A stretch of DNA of 64,000 nt. Origin: Candidatus Rariloculaceae bacterium. GTDB taxonomy: Bacteria > Pseudomonadota > Gammaproteobacteria > Steroidobacterales > Rariloculaceae. The notes beneath the pieces were generated by a model. The model was given only the letters and a program-made list of their open reading frames with translations, did not search any database and was not told the origin of the DNA. The stretch covers positions 198,681-262,680 of the forward strand of contig JBJKYL010000010.1 of assembly GCA_045561055.1 (NCBI GenBank). Reading direction: 5' to 3'. Positions 1 through 9,786 of this stretch are shown piece by piece (position 1 is the stretch's first letter; each line of letters opens with the position of its first letter). The position numbers were made by a program, and so were the translations under genes.

Positions 1-69
1 AGGCGCAAGGCAAAGACGCAAAGCAAAAAACAAACGGGCCGGCAAGCGGTCTATGAGAACGGAGATTAA
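1..69 (+). CDS. possible 3' end of tatB (partial, 5' end outside window)
   Basis: Frame 1 is open from the window edge to TAA at 67-69. It encodes a Lys/Arg/Gln-rich tail (RRKAKTQSKKQTGRQAVYENGD) that overlaps the tatC start, as expected for a TatB C-terminus. Only 22 codons are visible and frame 2 is also open, so the call is weak. Confidence 0.3.
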   Translation, partial: RRKAKTQSKKQTGRQAVYENGD

Positions 70-847
70 AGGACCGGGTGACGAAGAAGTGCTGGCTGAA
101 GGCTCGCTCGTTTCGCATCTCGTAGAGCTTCGTAATAGGCTTTTGAAGACCGCCGCCGCAATATTATTACTATTCATTTGCTTGGTCCCTTTTTCGGAGA
201 CTATATTCACGCTTATTGCTACGCCGCTCATGGACAAGCTTCCTGAGGGCGCAACGATGATAGCTACGCAGGTAGCATCGCCGTTTCTGACACCATTTAA
301 GACAACATTGTTCGCTGCGTTGTTTCTCGCGATGCCGGTTGTGTTGAGCCAGATCTGGCACTTCGTTGCGCCTGGGCTCTACCGAAAGGAAAAGCGTTTT
401 GCGTTGCCCTTAATCTTTTCTAGCATCGTGCTGTTCTACGTCGGCGTATCGTTCGCTTACTTCGTCGTATTTCCGTTGATGTTCGGATTCTTTGCTGCAG
501 TGGCGCCCGAAGGTGTCACGATGATGACGGATATCAGCTCGTATCTGGACTTTATTCTGACACTATTTTTCGCATTCGGCTTGGCTTTCGAAGTTCCAAT
601 CGCTACCGTCATGCTGGTTTGGAGTGGATTGGTTCCGATAGAAACTCTAGGTCGTGCGCGTGCATATGTATTCCTGGGCGCATTCGTCATGGGAATGTTG
701 CTGACACCGCCCGACGCAATCTCACAGACTCTCCTAGCGGTACCTGTTTATCTACTGTACGAGTCGGGATTATTTATGGCTCGAATATTCGGTCCGGCAA
801 CAGAGGGCGAAGATGAGGAAGATACGCCGCCTAGTATCGACGATTAA
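53..847 (+). CDS. tatC: Sec-independent (twin-arginine) protein translocase subunit TatC
   Basis: The 264-aa polytopic membrane ORF is colinear with TatC as I recall it from E. coli. Shared blocks are HLVELRNRLL, MIATQVASPF, FVAPGLYRKEKR, FAYFVVFP and LLTPPDAISQTLLA. Confidence 0.95.
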   Translation: MRTEIKGPGDEEVLAEGSLVSHLVELRNRLLKTAAAILLLFICLVPFSETIFTLIATPLMDKLPEGATMIATQVASPFLTPFKTTLFAALFLAMPVVLSQIWHFVAPGLYRKEKRFALPLIFSSIVLFYVGVSFAYFVVFPLMFGFFAAVAPEGVTMMTDISSYLDFILTLFFAFGLAFEVPIATVMLVWSGLVPIETLGRARAYVFLGAFVMGMLLTPPDAISQTLLAVPVYLLYESGLFMARIFGPATEGEDEEDTPPSIDD

Positions 848-864
848 GTTCACCAAAATAACTT

Positions 865-2361
865 ATGACGATTAATACTATTGATCTCTCGCCGCGCTCC
901 GGGTTTCTCGGTCATCCGATAGGGCTGTTAACGCTGTCGACGACTGAGATGTGGGAGCGTTTTAGCTACTATGGCATGCGAGCATTGCTCGTTTTATTCA
1001 TGGTTGAAGCTGTTGAGGAGGGGGGTCTTGGTTACTCCGATCAAACGGCGACGGCGATTTATGGTTTGTATACGGCTGCGGTCTATATGCTCTCTCTGCC
1101 CGGCGGTTGGATTGCTGACCGTCTCATTGGCGCACAGCGTGCAGTGTGGTTTGGCGGCATTATTATTATGTCCGGTCACTTCGTTCTTGCTATTCCTAGT
1201 ATTTCGACTTTCTTTTTGGGACTTGTTCTAGTTTCCCTAGGCACGGGGCTTCTGAAGCCTAATATCAGTGCCATCGTTGGTGAGTTCTATCAACCAGGGG
1301 ATCCCCGGCGCGACGGTGGTTTTACTATTTTCTATATGGGAATCAACGTTGGTGCTGCGCTTGGGCCGATAGTCTGCGGTTATTTGGCCCAAGATAACTG
1401 GCACTATGGTTTCGGTGCGGCCGGTGTTGGCATGTTGTTAGGTCTCGTTCAATTTAAGGTTACGCTGGCGAAGCTTGGCGAAGCTGGGCGGTTGCCGGCG
1501 GCTAAACCGCCGAATGATGTGGCCTTCGAACGCAAAGCATGGGTTGGGATATTTTTCTTTCTGGCCATAATTGGGGCCGTGCTCTTCGCGGGCCTTACGA
1601 ATACCGTAACCCTTAATGCCGTTTCGCTAGCACAAAATAGTACCTATGCCATCGTAGCGATGGCATTCGTCTACTTTGGCTACCTATTAATACTCGGCAA
1701 GCTCACGCGCGATGAACGTGGTCGTGTCATCGTAATCATCGTCCTGTTTTTTGCCGCTGCTATGTTCTGGTCGGGATTCGAGCAGGCGGGATCGTCGCTG
1801 AATCTCTTCGCGGAGCGTTACACGCTCAGACAGTTGGCAGGCTTCGAAATACCTGCGAGCTGGTTTCAGTCGCTGAATCCCGTATTCATTATTTTTCTTG
1901 CGCCGTTCTACTCGATGATGTGGGTGGCTCTAGCACGTCGACACATGGATCCGTCTACGCCGATGAAGTTTGCGGTAGGTTTGATCATCCTCGGATTCGG
2001 TTTCGCCGTCATGATCGGTGCGGCGGCGTTGGTCGCTGATGGACAACAGGTGCTGCCGACCTGGCTATTCTTTACGTATTTACTGCATACCATGGGCGAG
2101 CTGGCACTGAGCCCCGTTGGCCTTAGCTCCGTTACCAAACTCGCCCCACGGCGTTTCGTCGGTCAGATGATGGGAGTGTGGTTTCTAGCTGCGTCTCTCG
2201 GCAATATTCTCGCTGGGCTGATCGCTGGTGAATTTAGTGCCGATGCTGTTGATGACATGCCGCGGCTTTACACACAAATCGTACTCACGACTGTTGGTTC
2301 TGGTGTACTGCTCGCGATTGTGGCGAAACCGTTGAAGCGATTGATGAGCGGTGTAGATTGA
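865..2361 (+). CDS. proton-dependent oligopeptide transporter (POT/PTR2 family, DtpT-like)
   Basis: The 498-aa multi-TM ORF carries the PTR2 signature ERFSYYGMRALLVLFM and the GGWIADR block. Confidence 0.9.
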   Translation: MTINTIDLSPRSGFLGHPIGLLTLSTTEMWERFSYYGMRALLVLFMVEAVEEGGLGYSDQTATAIYGLYTAAVYMLSLPGGWIADRLIGAQRAVWFGGIIIMSGHFVLAIPSISTFFLGLVLVSLGTGLLKPNISAIVGEFYQPGDPRRDGGFTIFYMGINVGAALGPIVCGYLAQDNWHYGFGAAGVGMLLGLVQFKVTLAKLGEAGRLPAAKPPNDVAFERKAWVGIFFFLAIIGAVLFAGLTNTVTLNAVSLAQNSTYAIVAMAFVYFGYLLILGKLTRDERGRVIVIIVLFFAAAMFWSGFEQAGSSLNLFAERYTLRQLAGFEIPASWFQSLNPVFIIFLAPFYSMMWVALARRHMDPSTPMKFAVGLIILGFGFAVMIGAAALVADGQQVLPTWLFFTYLLHTMGELALSPVGLSSVTKLAPRRFVGQMMGVWFLAASLGNILAGLIAGEFSADAVDDMPRLYTQIVLTTVGSGVLLAIVAKPLKRLMSGVD

Positions 2362-2593
2362 TTATGCTAGCGTTGACGGCTGTCAGTCGTCTCCGGGTTG
2401 ATTACAGGTGAAGCTTTGATTGGCATCGGTATGGCGGTTCCGATCGTTCTTAGTGGTAACCCTGAGATTATTACATTGAGTCTCGAAATACCGACGATTG
2501 TAGGTCTCATAGTAATCGCTGTGCTAAGTACAATACTTTATCGCGTTGCGACAAAAAGCACTTAAAATCGCTGCAGAGATCGAGTAAGCAAGA

Positions 2594-3742
2594 ATGCCTG
2601 AGCTTGAAAGTAAATTGCCAGGTGTAGGGACCACTATATTCACGGTAATGTCTCGGCTCGCAGAGGAATATGGTGCGATCAATCTTTCGCAGGGATATCC
2701 TGATTACCAGCCACCGGAGGCATTGCTAGACAGGGTCACATACCATCTGCACGCTGGACAGAACCAGTATCCGCACATGACAGGGATTCAGCTTCTACGA
2801 GAGCAGATCTCACTTAAGATTTCAAAACTCTATGGCGTCTTGCCGGATTCGACTACGGACGTTACTGTTACTAGTGGAGCCACTGAAGCTTTGTTCTGTG
2901 CAATACACGCTGTGGTTCGGTCCGGTGACGAGGTCATCGTCTTTGACCCGGCCTATGATTCATACGATCCAGCCATTACGCTTGCGGGAGCAAAGACAAT
3001 CCATTTGCCTTTGCTCATGCCTGATTTCGATATCGATTGGGACTGCTTTGCCGATGCTCTTAATGAAAAAACGCGACTTGTCATTGTGAATTCGCCGCAC
3101 AATCCTTCGGGTAGCCTACTGACGTGTGCTGATCTTGCGCGGTTAGCCGAGCTCGTTCGTCCCTACGATACCTACGTTCTGAGCGATGAAGTTTACGAGC
3201 ACATTGTTTTCGACGGAGAGTCTCATTCGAGCGTACTTTCGAACCAGGAGCTGGCATCACGAAGTTTCGCTGTGTTTTCTTTCGGTAAGACCTATCACGC
3301 AACCGGTTGGAAGGTTGGCTACTGTGTTGCGCCCGCGTCCCTCTCGCAGGAGTTTCGACGCGTACATCAGTTCAACACGTTTACGACTGCGACGCCATTA
3401 CAGTACGCGCTCGCCGACTACCTAAAGGACTACCCCAAACACTACCTAGGCTTGCCAACGTTTTACCAGGAGAAACGTGACTTTTTTCTCAAACTATTTA
3501 ACGAATCGAAGCTCGTATTTCGCCCCAGTCGCGGGACTTACTTCCAACTGGCGGACTACACTGCAGTGTCGGATCTACCTGATGATGAGTTCGCGTGCTG
3601 GTTAACGCAGGAACGTGGCGTTTCCGTAATACCGATATCAGCTTTCTACAAAGTTCCGCCAAATACGCGTTACATTCGGTTTTGTTTCGCAAAGGAAGTA
3701 GAGACTTTACGCCAAGCCGCAGAGCGGCTAGCAACGTTGTGA
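2594..3742 (+). CDS. PLP-dependent class I aminotransferase (YbdL / methionine aminotransferase-like)
   Basis: The ORF is 382 aa. It has the N-terminal NLSQGYPDY block, NSPHNPSG, and the PLP-lysine context SFGKTYHATGWKVGY typical of class I/II aminotransferases. Confidence 0.85.
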   Translation: MPELESKLPGVGTTIFTVMSRLAEEYGAINLSQGYPDYQPPEALLDRVTYHLHAGQNQYPHMTGIQLLREQISLKISKLYGVLPDSTTDVTVTSGATEALFCAIHAVVRSGDEVIVFDPAYDSYDPAITLAGAKTIHLPLLMPDFDIDWDCFADALNEKTRLVIVNSPHNPSGSLLTCADLARLAELVRPYDTYVLSDEVYEHIVFDGESHSSVLSNQELASRSFAVFSFGKTYHATGWKVGYCVAPASLSQEFRRVHQFNTFTTATPLQYALADYLKDYPKHYLGLPTFYQEKRDFFLKLFNESKLVFRPSRGTYFQLADYTAVSDLPDDEFACWLTQERGVSVIPISAFYKVPPNTRYIRFCFAKEVETLRQAAERLATL

Positions 3743-3837
3743 CATTCTGAGTCCCTAGAGGTAACGCGGTTCAACAAAGTGTCATCTTCAGCTTAATCTC
3801 AAGCTCATCCTCTTAGAGGTACAGCTTGTCAGCTCAC

Positions 3838-4584
3838 TTACTCGCCAGAGCGCTCCATAGCGACTAGCTCGTCGATGAGCTCCATGAGTTCTTCGTAGCT
3901 ACCGGCCATACTTGCGTCGGTTGTGTACTTACCGTTGACGATGACTGTTGGCACACTACTTATTCGGTAACGCCGAGCGAGCTCGTCAGCCCTATTCATC
4001 CTCGTATTGACCGCGAAAGACTCATAGGCGGCATTGAAGTCGGCGGTGTCCACGCCATGGCTAGCGAAGAACACAGCAAGCGCTGTCTGGCTGTCAAGCC
4101 CATTGCGATTGATATGAATCTCGCGAAAGAAAGCCGAGTGCACGTCTTCGTTGACACCTAATGCTTCGCTTGCGTAGAACGCCCGAGCATGCATCTGAAG
4201 CAATGCATTCCAGACAGCAGGAATGCGCACGAAGCTTACGTCTTCCGGAAGATCTTCGAGCCAGTTCTCGAGATACGGGTCGAACGTGTAGCAGTGCACG
4301 CAGCCGTACCAGAACACTTCGGCAACTTCAATCTGATCCGGGCTAGAACTGGTTCCCTGAGCTGCTGGAAGTCGCTCATAGTGGCGCCCAAGCTCGAAGC
4401 GGCCGCTCGCCGGCATGGGATCGGCTTGCGCTAGCACGATTCGTTCTACCTCGGGTTGGGCCGTATTCGTGGGTGGTAGACTAGAGCTTGTGGGTTCCGG
4501 TTCGCTACCGCAGCCCGCTAGAGCTAGCAGAAAGGTTGTTACGACGGTCGTCAGTACTACTTTTGAGAATTTTGATTTAGACAC
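3838..4584 (-). CDS. dsbA: DsbA-family thiol:disulfide oxidoreductase, predicted lipoprotein
   Basis: The ORF is 248 aa with a lipobox (LLALAGC|GS), a Pro/Ser/Thr-rich linker and a thioredoxin-fold active site FWYGCVHCY. The C-terminal SSVPTVIVNGKY block (cis-Pro loop) is as in DsbA. Confidence 0.85.
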   Translation of the reverse strand: MSKSKFSKVVLTTVVTTFLLALAGCGSEPEPTSSSLPPTNTAQPEVERIVLAQADPMPASGRFELGRHYERLPAAQGTSSSPDQIEVAEVFWYGCVHCYTFDPYLENWLEDLPEDVSFVRIPAVWNALLQMHARAFYASEALGVNEDVHSAFFREIHINRNGLDSQTALAVFFASHGVDTADFNAAYESFAVNTRMNRADELARRYRISSVPTVIVNGKYTTDASMAGSYEELMELIDELVAMERSGE

Positions 4585-4857
4585 GATAAATACCTCTTTC
4601 GGGGCTGTTATTTAGCGCAGACCTCGCTGCATTGCGAATTTCGTTGTCCCGTTATGATACGGCGAAATCGCGCATTATCTGACTGTTAGAGGCATCGGAG
4701 GGTTCCATACCAGACTTGTAAATCCGTCTATCAACTAACAGGCTGCTCATACGCTACCGTTTTTTAAACGCTATGTACTTTCGTTGCGAACGGTAAGAGA
4801 TTGTACACTAAACTACTTATTTTCCGTATTGTGATGCGTTAACCGTTAATATTAATT

Positions 4858-5442
4858 ATGACCTTTTTCTCGAGTCTCGAGTTTCTCAAGAGTGCGCAAA
4901 AAGCGTCACAATTCCCTCCGGATTTAGGCCGTGAAGTTGCTTTTTCAGGGCGATCTAATTCTGGGAAATCCAGTGCGATTAACGCGATAGCAGCGCGCCG
5001 TGGTCTAGCCAGAACTAGCAAGATGCCCGGACGCACCCAACTCATAAATTTTTTCGAAATTGATGCCGGCCATCGTCTCGTAGATCTGCCCGGTTATGGT
5101 TACGCTAAAGTCGCAGAGCCTGTCCGCCAGGAATGGCGGAGTCTATTGGAGGCCTATTTCCGGCGTCGCGAGTCACTTTCCGGTCTATTCATAACGGTTG
5201 ATATCCGTCGCGGCCTCAAGGAGCTTGATGAGGTAATGCTGTCCTGGTCTCGGGAGGCAGGGGTACCGGCAGCAATACTTTTAACAAAGGCAGATAAGCT
5301 AAGTCGTAGCGTAAATCTTGTAAAGCGACAGCAGATTGCCGTAAATGCTGCGGTTCCGGTCATTCTATTTTCGGCGCCGAAGCGACTGGGCCTGGAAGAC
5401 GCGCGGCGACAACTTTTAACCTGGTTGGAAACTTTGGTATGA
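4858..5442 (+). CDS. engB: ribosome biogenesis GTP-binding protein YihA/EngB
   Basis: The ORF is 194 aa with G1 GRSNSGKSS, G3 DLPGYG and G4 TKADK. It is divergent from polA, as in many gammaproteobacteria. Confidence 0.9.
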   Translation: MTFFSSLEFLKSAQKASQFPPDLGREVAFSGRSNSGKSSAINAIAARRGLARTSKMPGRTQLINFFEIDAGHRLVDLPGYGYAKVAEPVRQEWRSLLEAYFRRRESLSGLFITVDIRRGLKELDEVMLSWSREAGVPAAILLTKADKLSRSVNLVKRQQIAVNAAVPVILFSAPKRLGLEDARRQLLTWLETLV

Positions 5443-5679
5443 CGGTACCTCGATGAATATAAAGAAAATCCGACTATGGGATTTAGAGGGGATATATAGG
5501 GATGGAGGATTCCATTCGATATCATCGCTATTTTTCAGGTTGCGGTGACTTTCAAGCGAAACTTAATACTTCTTTGGGCGTCATCAGCGAGGCAATATTA
5601 ATGACGAACGCTTCCTTTACTTCAGTCTCAATCCTCGCTCCAGTAGCGGTTGCTGCTACGTTCGATTTAGGCTTGTCGT

Positions 5680-8358
5680 CTAGTGAGCCTCGTCCCAGTT
5701 AGCGCCGAGTCCACAGTCGACTTTGAGCGGTACGGTCAACTCAGCGGCTCCTTCCATGAGCTGTGCTACTTCCGCAGCAATGTGTTCCGCCGACGCCTCT
5801 GCGACTTCGAGAACTAGTTCGTCGTGAACCTGCATGATGACGCGGGCATCTGATCCCGAGGAAGTCAGCCAGTCGTCGACTTGTAGCATGGCACGCTTGA
5901 TGATATCTGCGGCCGTACCCTGTAACGGTGCATTAATTGCACTGCGCTCAGCATACTGGCGCCGCTGGTGATTTCGTGATTCGATTTCATGTAGATAGAG
6001 TCGTCGGCCGTAGACCGTAGACACGAAACCGTCTTTCCGGGCCTGCTCGCGTGTTCTATCCATATAGGTTTTAACACCGGGATAACGTGAGAAATAGAGA
6101 TCGATGTACTCTTGGGCTTGACCGCGGCTGATGCCTAGCTGGCGCCCCAAACCGAATGCCGACATTCCGTAAATGAGCCCGAAATTGATTGCCTTAGCAG
6201 AGCGGCGTTCCTCAACGGATACTGCATCGGGAAGTATCCCAAATACCTCCGCGGCGGTCGCTCGGTGAATATCGGCGTCCGCCGCGAATGCCGCGAGGAG
6301 TCCGGCATCCTCTGAAAGATGGGCCATGATACGAAGTTCGATTTGTGAATAGTCCGCAGCCAGCAGTTGGTAACCAGGCGGAGCGACGAATGCTTGCCGG
6401 ATGCGCCGGCCTTCCGGTGTTCGGATCGGAATGTTTTGCAAGTTAGGATCGGAGGATGAGAGTCGTCCGGTTGCGGTTACCGCCTGATGATAGGAAGTAT
6501 GAATGCGCTTTGTGAGCGGATCAATTTCAAGGGGTAGCTTATCAGTATAGGTCGATTTGAGTTTTGCTAAACTACGGTATTCGAGAATCCTTTTAGGTAA
6601 TTCGTATTCTTCAGCGAGATCCTGAAGCACGCTCTCGGCTGTCGATGGCTGTCCTTTAGGAGTTTTACCGAGCACCGGCAGGCCTAGTCGATCATAGAGA
6701 ACTTCCTGCAGTTGTTTCGGTGACGCTAGGTTGAACGGCCCTCCGGCGAGTTCATATGCCTGCGCTTCGGTGGAAGCCATTTTTTTTGCTAGTTCCTGAC
6801 TCTGCTGCTTTAGCATGTTGGCATCAACGCGCACGCCGATATATTCAATTTTCCTCAGGACCTCAAGTAGTGGGTGCTCGATCTCCAAGTAGAGTTTTTC
6901 TAGCTCCGGAATTTTTTTGAGCTTCGGCCAAATCATCTGGTGAAGTTGTAGCGTGATATCGGCGTCTTCTGCCGCATACGGTGCAGCTATATCAATATTT
7001 ACTTCATCGAACCGCAGCTGCCTAACGCCTTTCCCCGCGACGTCCTCGTATTTTGTAGTCTTAACACCGAGATATTTGTTTGCTATCGAATCCATATCGT
7101 GGCGCGTTGCAGTGGAGTCAAGTACGTATGATTCAATCATTGAGTCGAAAGCGATACCCCCTAGTTCGATACCGTGATTGCGTAACACATGGGCGTCATA
7201 TTTAAGATGGTGCCCGACCTTCAGTGATGAACTCTCTAGCCAAGGCTTCATTCTCTCGAGCACTAGGTCGCGGTCGAGTTGGTCCGGCGCACCGGGATAG
7301 CTGTGGGCGACAGGAATATATGCTGCCACGCCGGTTTCTACCGATAGGCAGATGCCCACAACCTCGGCCCGCATGTAATTAAGGCTCGTCGTCTCGGTAT
7401 CGACCGCTACGAGTTCGGCGGATTCGACACGCGTGAGCCATGTGTCCAACGCGTCTTCGGTAAGCACTGTTTCATACTCTGCACTGGAATTCTGGAGATT
7501 TTCTTCAGTAGGGTCGATACGTTTCAGCAGGCTTCTAAGTTCTAGACGGTCGTAGAGACTCTGTAGTCGCTTAGTATCAGGATCTCGGTAGACGAGTGTG
7601 GATGGGTCACTAGTAAGCTCAAGATTACAAACGATGGTTACCAGCTCTTCATAGAGTGGTAGCTGTCCGAGTGTGTTTCGAAGATTCTCTCCCACTTTAC
7701 CGGGTATTTCATCTGCGTGTTTTTTTATTGTGTCGAGGTTCCCATGTGCGGTAAGCCATTTAACCGCGGTCTTGGGTCCTACACCCGGCACACCTGGAAT
7801 GTTATCCGAGCTGTCGCCCACGAGTGCAAGGTAATCGATGATTTGATCGGGCCGGACACCAAATTTTTCCTTTACCCCCTCGGCATCCATCTTTGAATTG
7901 TTCATCGTATTCACGAGTGATACATGGTCGTTAACGAGTTGTGCCATATCTTTATCAGAAGTCGAGATAACCGTCTTCAGGCTGGCAGCTGTCGCGCGCG
8001 TCGCAAGCGTTCCGATGACGTCGTCGGCTTCCACGCCTTTGATTCGCAGTACGGGTAACCCGATTGCCTCGACTGCTTGTACTAGTGGTTCGATCTGTGG
8101 TCGGAGATCTTCCGGCATCGGTGGTCGGTTGGCCTTATATTCTGAATAAAGGTCGTCGCGGAAGGTTTTGCCTGGCGCGTCGAAAACAATAGCAACGTTC
8201 TTTGGCTCGTATTCATCGATCAGGCTATAAAGCATGTTGAGTACGCCGTAGATAGCGCCCGTTGGTTCGCCTTTGCTCGAACTGAATGCCGGTAGTGCGT
8301 GGTATGCACGGAAGAGATATGAAGAACCGTCTACGATAATGAATGGCTTATCGCTCAT
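5680..8358 (-). CDS. polA: DNA polymerase I
   Basis: The 892-aa ORF has a 5'-3' exonuclease N-domain (IVDGSSYLFRAYHA), a 3'-5' exonuclease block (AVDTETTSL) and a polymerase domain (DYSQIELR, QVHDELV). Confidence 0.97.
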   Translation of the reverse strand: MSDKPFIIVDGSSYLFRAYHALPAFSSSKGEPTGAIYGVLNMLYSLIDEYEPKNVAIVFDAPGKTFRDDLYSEYKANRPPMPEDLRPQIEPLVQAVEAIGLPVLRIKGVEADDVIGTLATRATAASLKTVISTSDKDMAQLVNDHVSLVNTMNNSKMDAEGVKEKFGVRPDQIIDYLALVGDSSDNIPGVPGVGPKTAVKWLTAHGNLDTIKKHADEIPGKVGENLRNTLGQLPLYEELVTIVCNLELTSDPSTLVYRDPDTKRLQSLYDRLELRSLLKRIDPTEENLQNSSAEYETVLTEDALDTWLTRVESAELVAVDTETTSLNYMRAEVVGICLSVETGVAAYIPVAHSYPGAPDQLDRDLVLERMKPWLESSSLKVGHHLKYDAHVLRNHGIELGGIAFDSMIESYVLDSTATRHDMDSIANKYLGVKTTKYEDVAGKGVRQLRFDEVNIDIAAPYAAEDADITLQLHQMIWPKLKKIPELEKLYLEIEHPLLEVLRKIEYIGVRVDANMLKQQSQELAKKMASTEAQAYELAGGPFNLASPKQLQEVLYDRLGLPVLGKTPKGQPSTAESVLQDLAEEYELPKRILEYRSLAKLKSTYTDKLPLEIDPLTKRIHTSYHQAVTATGRLSSSDPNLQNIPIRTPEGRRIRQAFVAPPGYQLLAADYSQIELRIMAHLSEDAGLLAAFAADADIHRATAAEVFGILPDAVSVEERRSAKAINFGLIYGMSAFGLGRQLGISRGQAQEYIDLYFSRYPGVKTYMDRTREQARKDGFVSTVYGRRLYLHEIESRNHQRRQYAERSAINAPLQGTAADIIKRAMLQVDDWLTSSGSDARVIMQVHDELVLEVAEASAEHIAAEVAQLMEGAAELTVPLKVDCGLGANWDEAH

Positions 8359-8393
8359 AAGCCGCCCGTTGTTTTTCTAACGGATTAATACAC

Positions 8394-8591
8394 CTATTCA
8401 CGGGTTGTCCGGCTCTCTTCTTCCAAACCATCCTCGGTTTCACCGCTTGGATCCGTTTCGGTGACGATGAGCGCTGTGTCTGGAGTCGGCAGTACAAGCG
8501 GTCCCTTTTGACCGCAACTGTTGAGTAAAGTGGCGAAAATCAGTAGCCATAGGATTTTCGCTACAGCCAAAAAATCTCTATTCATCATCAA
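8394..8591 (-). CDS. small lipoprotein, LptM (YifL)-like
   Basis: The ORF is 65 aa with a signal peptide plus lipobox LLNSC followed by GQKGPL. This is the C-G-x-K-G-P-L motif I associate with YifL/LptM lipoproteins. It shares an ATGA overlap with the argH stop. Confidence 0.6.
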   Translation of the reverse strand: MMMNRDFLAVAKILWLLIFATLLNSCGQKGPLVLPTPDTALIVTETDPSGETEDGLEEESRTTRE

Positions 8592-9775
8592 TGGTCTTTC
8601 TTCAGCATAGCGGCCACGCGATGATAGGCTTCTCGAAACGGGATTCCCTCTTCGACTACGAGTCGGTTTGCCCGTTCGGCAGCATAAAGGTTGTCACTGA
8701 GCGGCTTGGCTATGCGAAATCGGATACCGCTCAAGGCGTGTGCCATGATTGCGAGCGTATTGTCGGCAAGATCGATGCTGCGAAACAGTGGCGCCTTAAG
8801 TCGCTGCAGATCCCGCTGGTATCCGGAAGTAAGTTTTGCAGTGATCGCGAGCGTTTCGGTTAGCGCGGCCATCGCCACAGCTTGAGCGCTACGTACGAGC
8901 TCGAACACATCGGGGTTGCGTTTCTGTGGCATGATCGAAGATCCCGTCGTCATTTCGTCGGGAAGTACCACTAATGCGAATTCCTCTGTATAGAATAACA
9001 ACAGGTCAGACGCTAAACGACCGAGGTCGCCCAAAAGTAGCGTCAGTTCGAATATTAGAGAGGCTTCGGCTTTGCCGCGGCTCAATTGCACAGCTGTTAT
9101 CGGATCCTGGGTGCTTGAGAACCGCAACGCTTTGCGTGTTGCTTCACGGTCGATAGACAGGCCAGGCACGCCGTAGCCGGCCGCTGATCCTAATGGGTTG
9201 ACGTTTGCTCTGCGTGCCGCAGACTCGAGCCCTATTGCGTCGTCTCGAAGTTCGGCCGCGAATCCACCAGCCCAAAGAGCCACAGAACTCGGCATCGCAG
9301 GCTGCATATGTGTATAACCAGGAATCTCTAATTCTCCTTGGCGTTTGGCAAGGTTGTCGAGTTCATTCGCTACGTCTACCGTGCCCTCAGCTAGTGTTTT
9401 TGCTACATCGCGCATATATAACCGCAGCGCTGCTAGCACTTGGTCGTTACGTGATCGTCCTAGATGAATGCGTCCGCCTGCCGGGCCAATCAACTCTATA
9501 AGGCGTTGTTCTAGAGCACTGTGTGCATCTTCCTGCTCAAGTTGAATCGACCACTGACCGTCTGCATGCTGTACGCCCAGAGTTTCTAGACCATCGCAAA
9601 TCGCCTCGCAGTCCTCGGTTGTTAGTAGGCCTTGTGCCTCGAGCATGCGTGCATGCGCGGCTGAAGCACGCACGTCGTAGGTTACGAGTCGTTCGTCCAG
9701 GAGATAGTCTTCTCCAGCTGTGAAGTTGAGAATTTTCTCGTCCAGTGGTGTCCCTTTGTCCCACAAGCGTGTCAT
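8588..9775 (-). CDS. argH: argininosuccinate lyase (short form, 395 aa)
   Basis: It carries fumarate-lyase superfamily motifs GRSRNDQV and GSSIMPQKRNPDVFE. The N-terminus (LWDKG...FTAGEDYLLDERL) resembles Bacteroidetes-type ArgH. It ends about 60 aa earlier than canonical ArgH. Confidence 0.88.
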   Translation of the reverse strand: MTRLWDKGTPLDEKILNFTAGEDYLLDERLVTYDVRASAAHARMLEAQGLLTTEDCEAICDGLETLGVQHADGQWSIQLEQEDAHSALEQRLIELIGPAGGRIHLGRSRNDQVLAALRLYMRDVAKTLAEGTVDVANELDNLAKRQGELEIPGYTHMQPAMPSSVALWAGGFAAELRDDAIGLESAARRANVNPLGSAAGYGVPGLSIDREATRKALRFSSTQDPITAVQLSRGKAEASLIFELTLLLGDLGRLASDLLLFYTEEFALVVLPDEMTTGSSIMPQKRNPDVFELVRSAQAVAMAALTETLAITAKLTSGYQRDLQRLKAPLFRSIDLADNTLAIMAHALSGIRFRIAKPLSDNLYAAERANRLVVEEGIPFREAYHRVAAMLKKDH

Positions 9776-9786
9776 TAGTTTATCTC

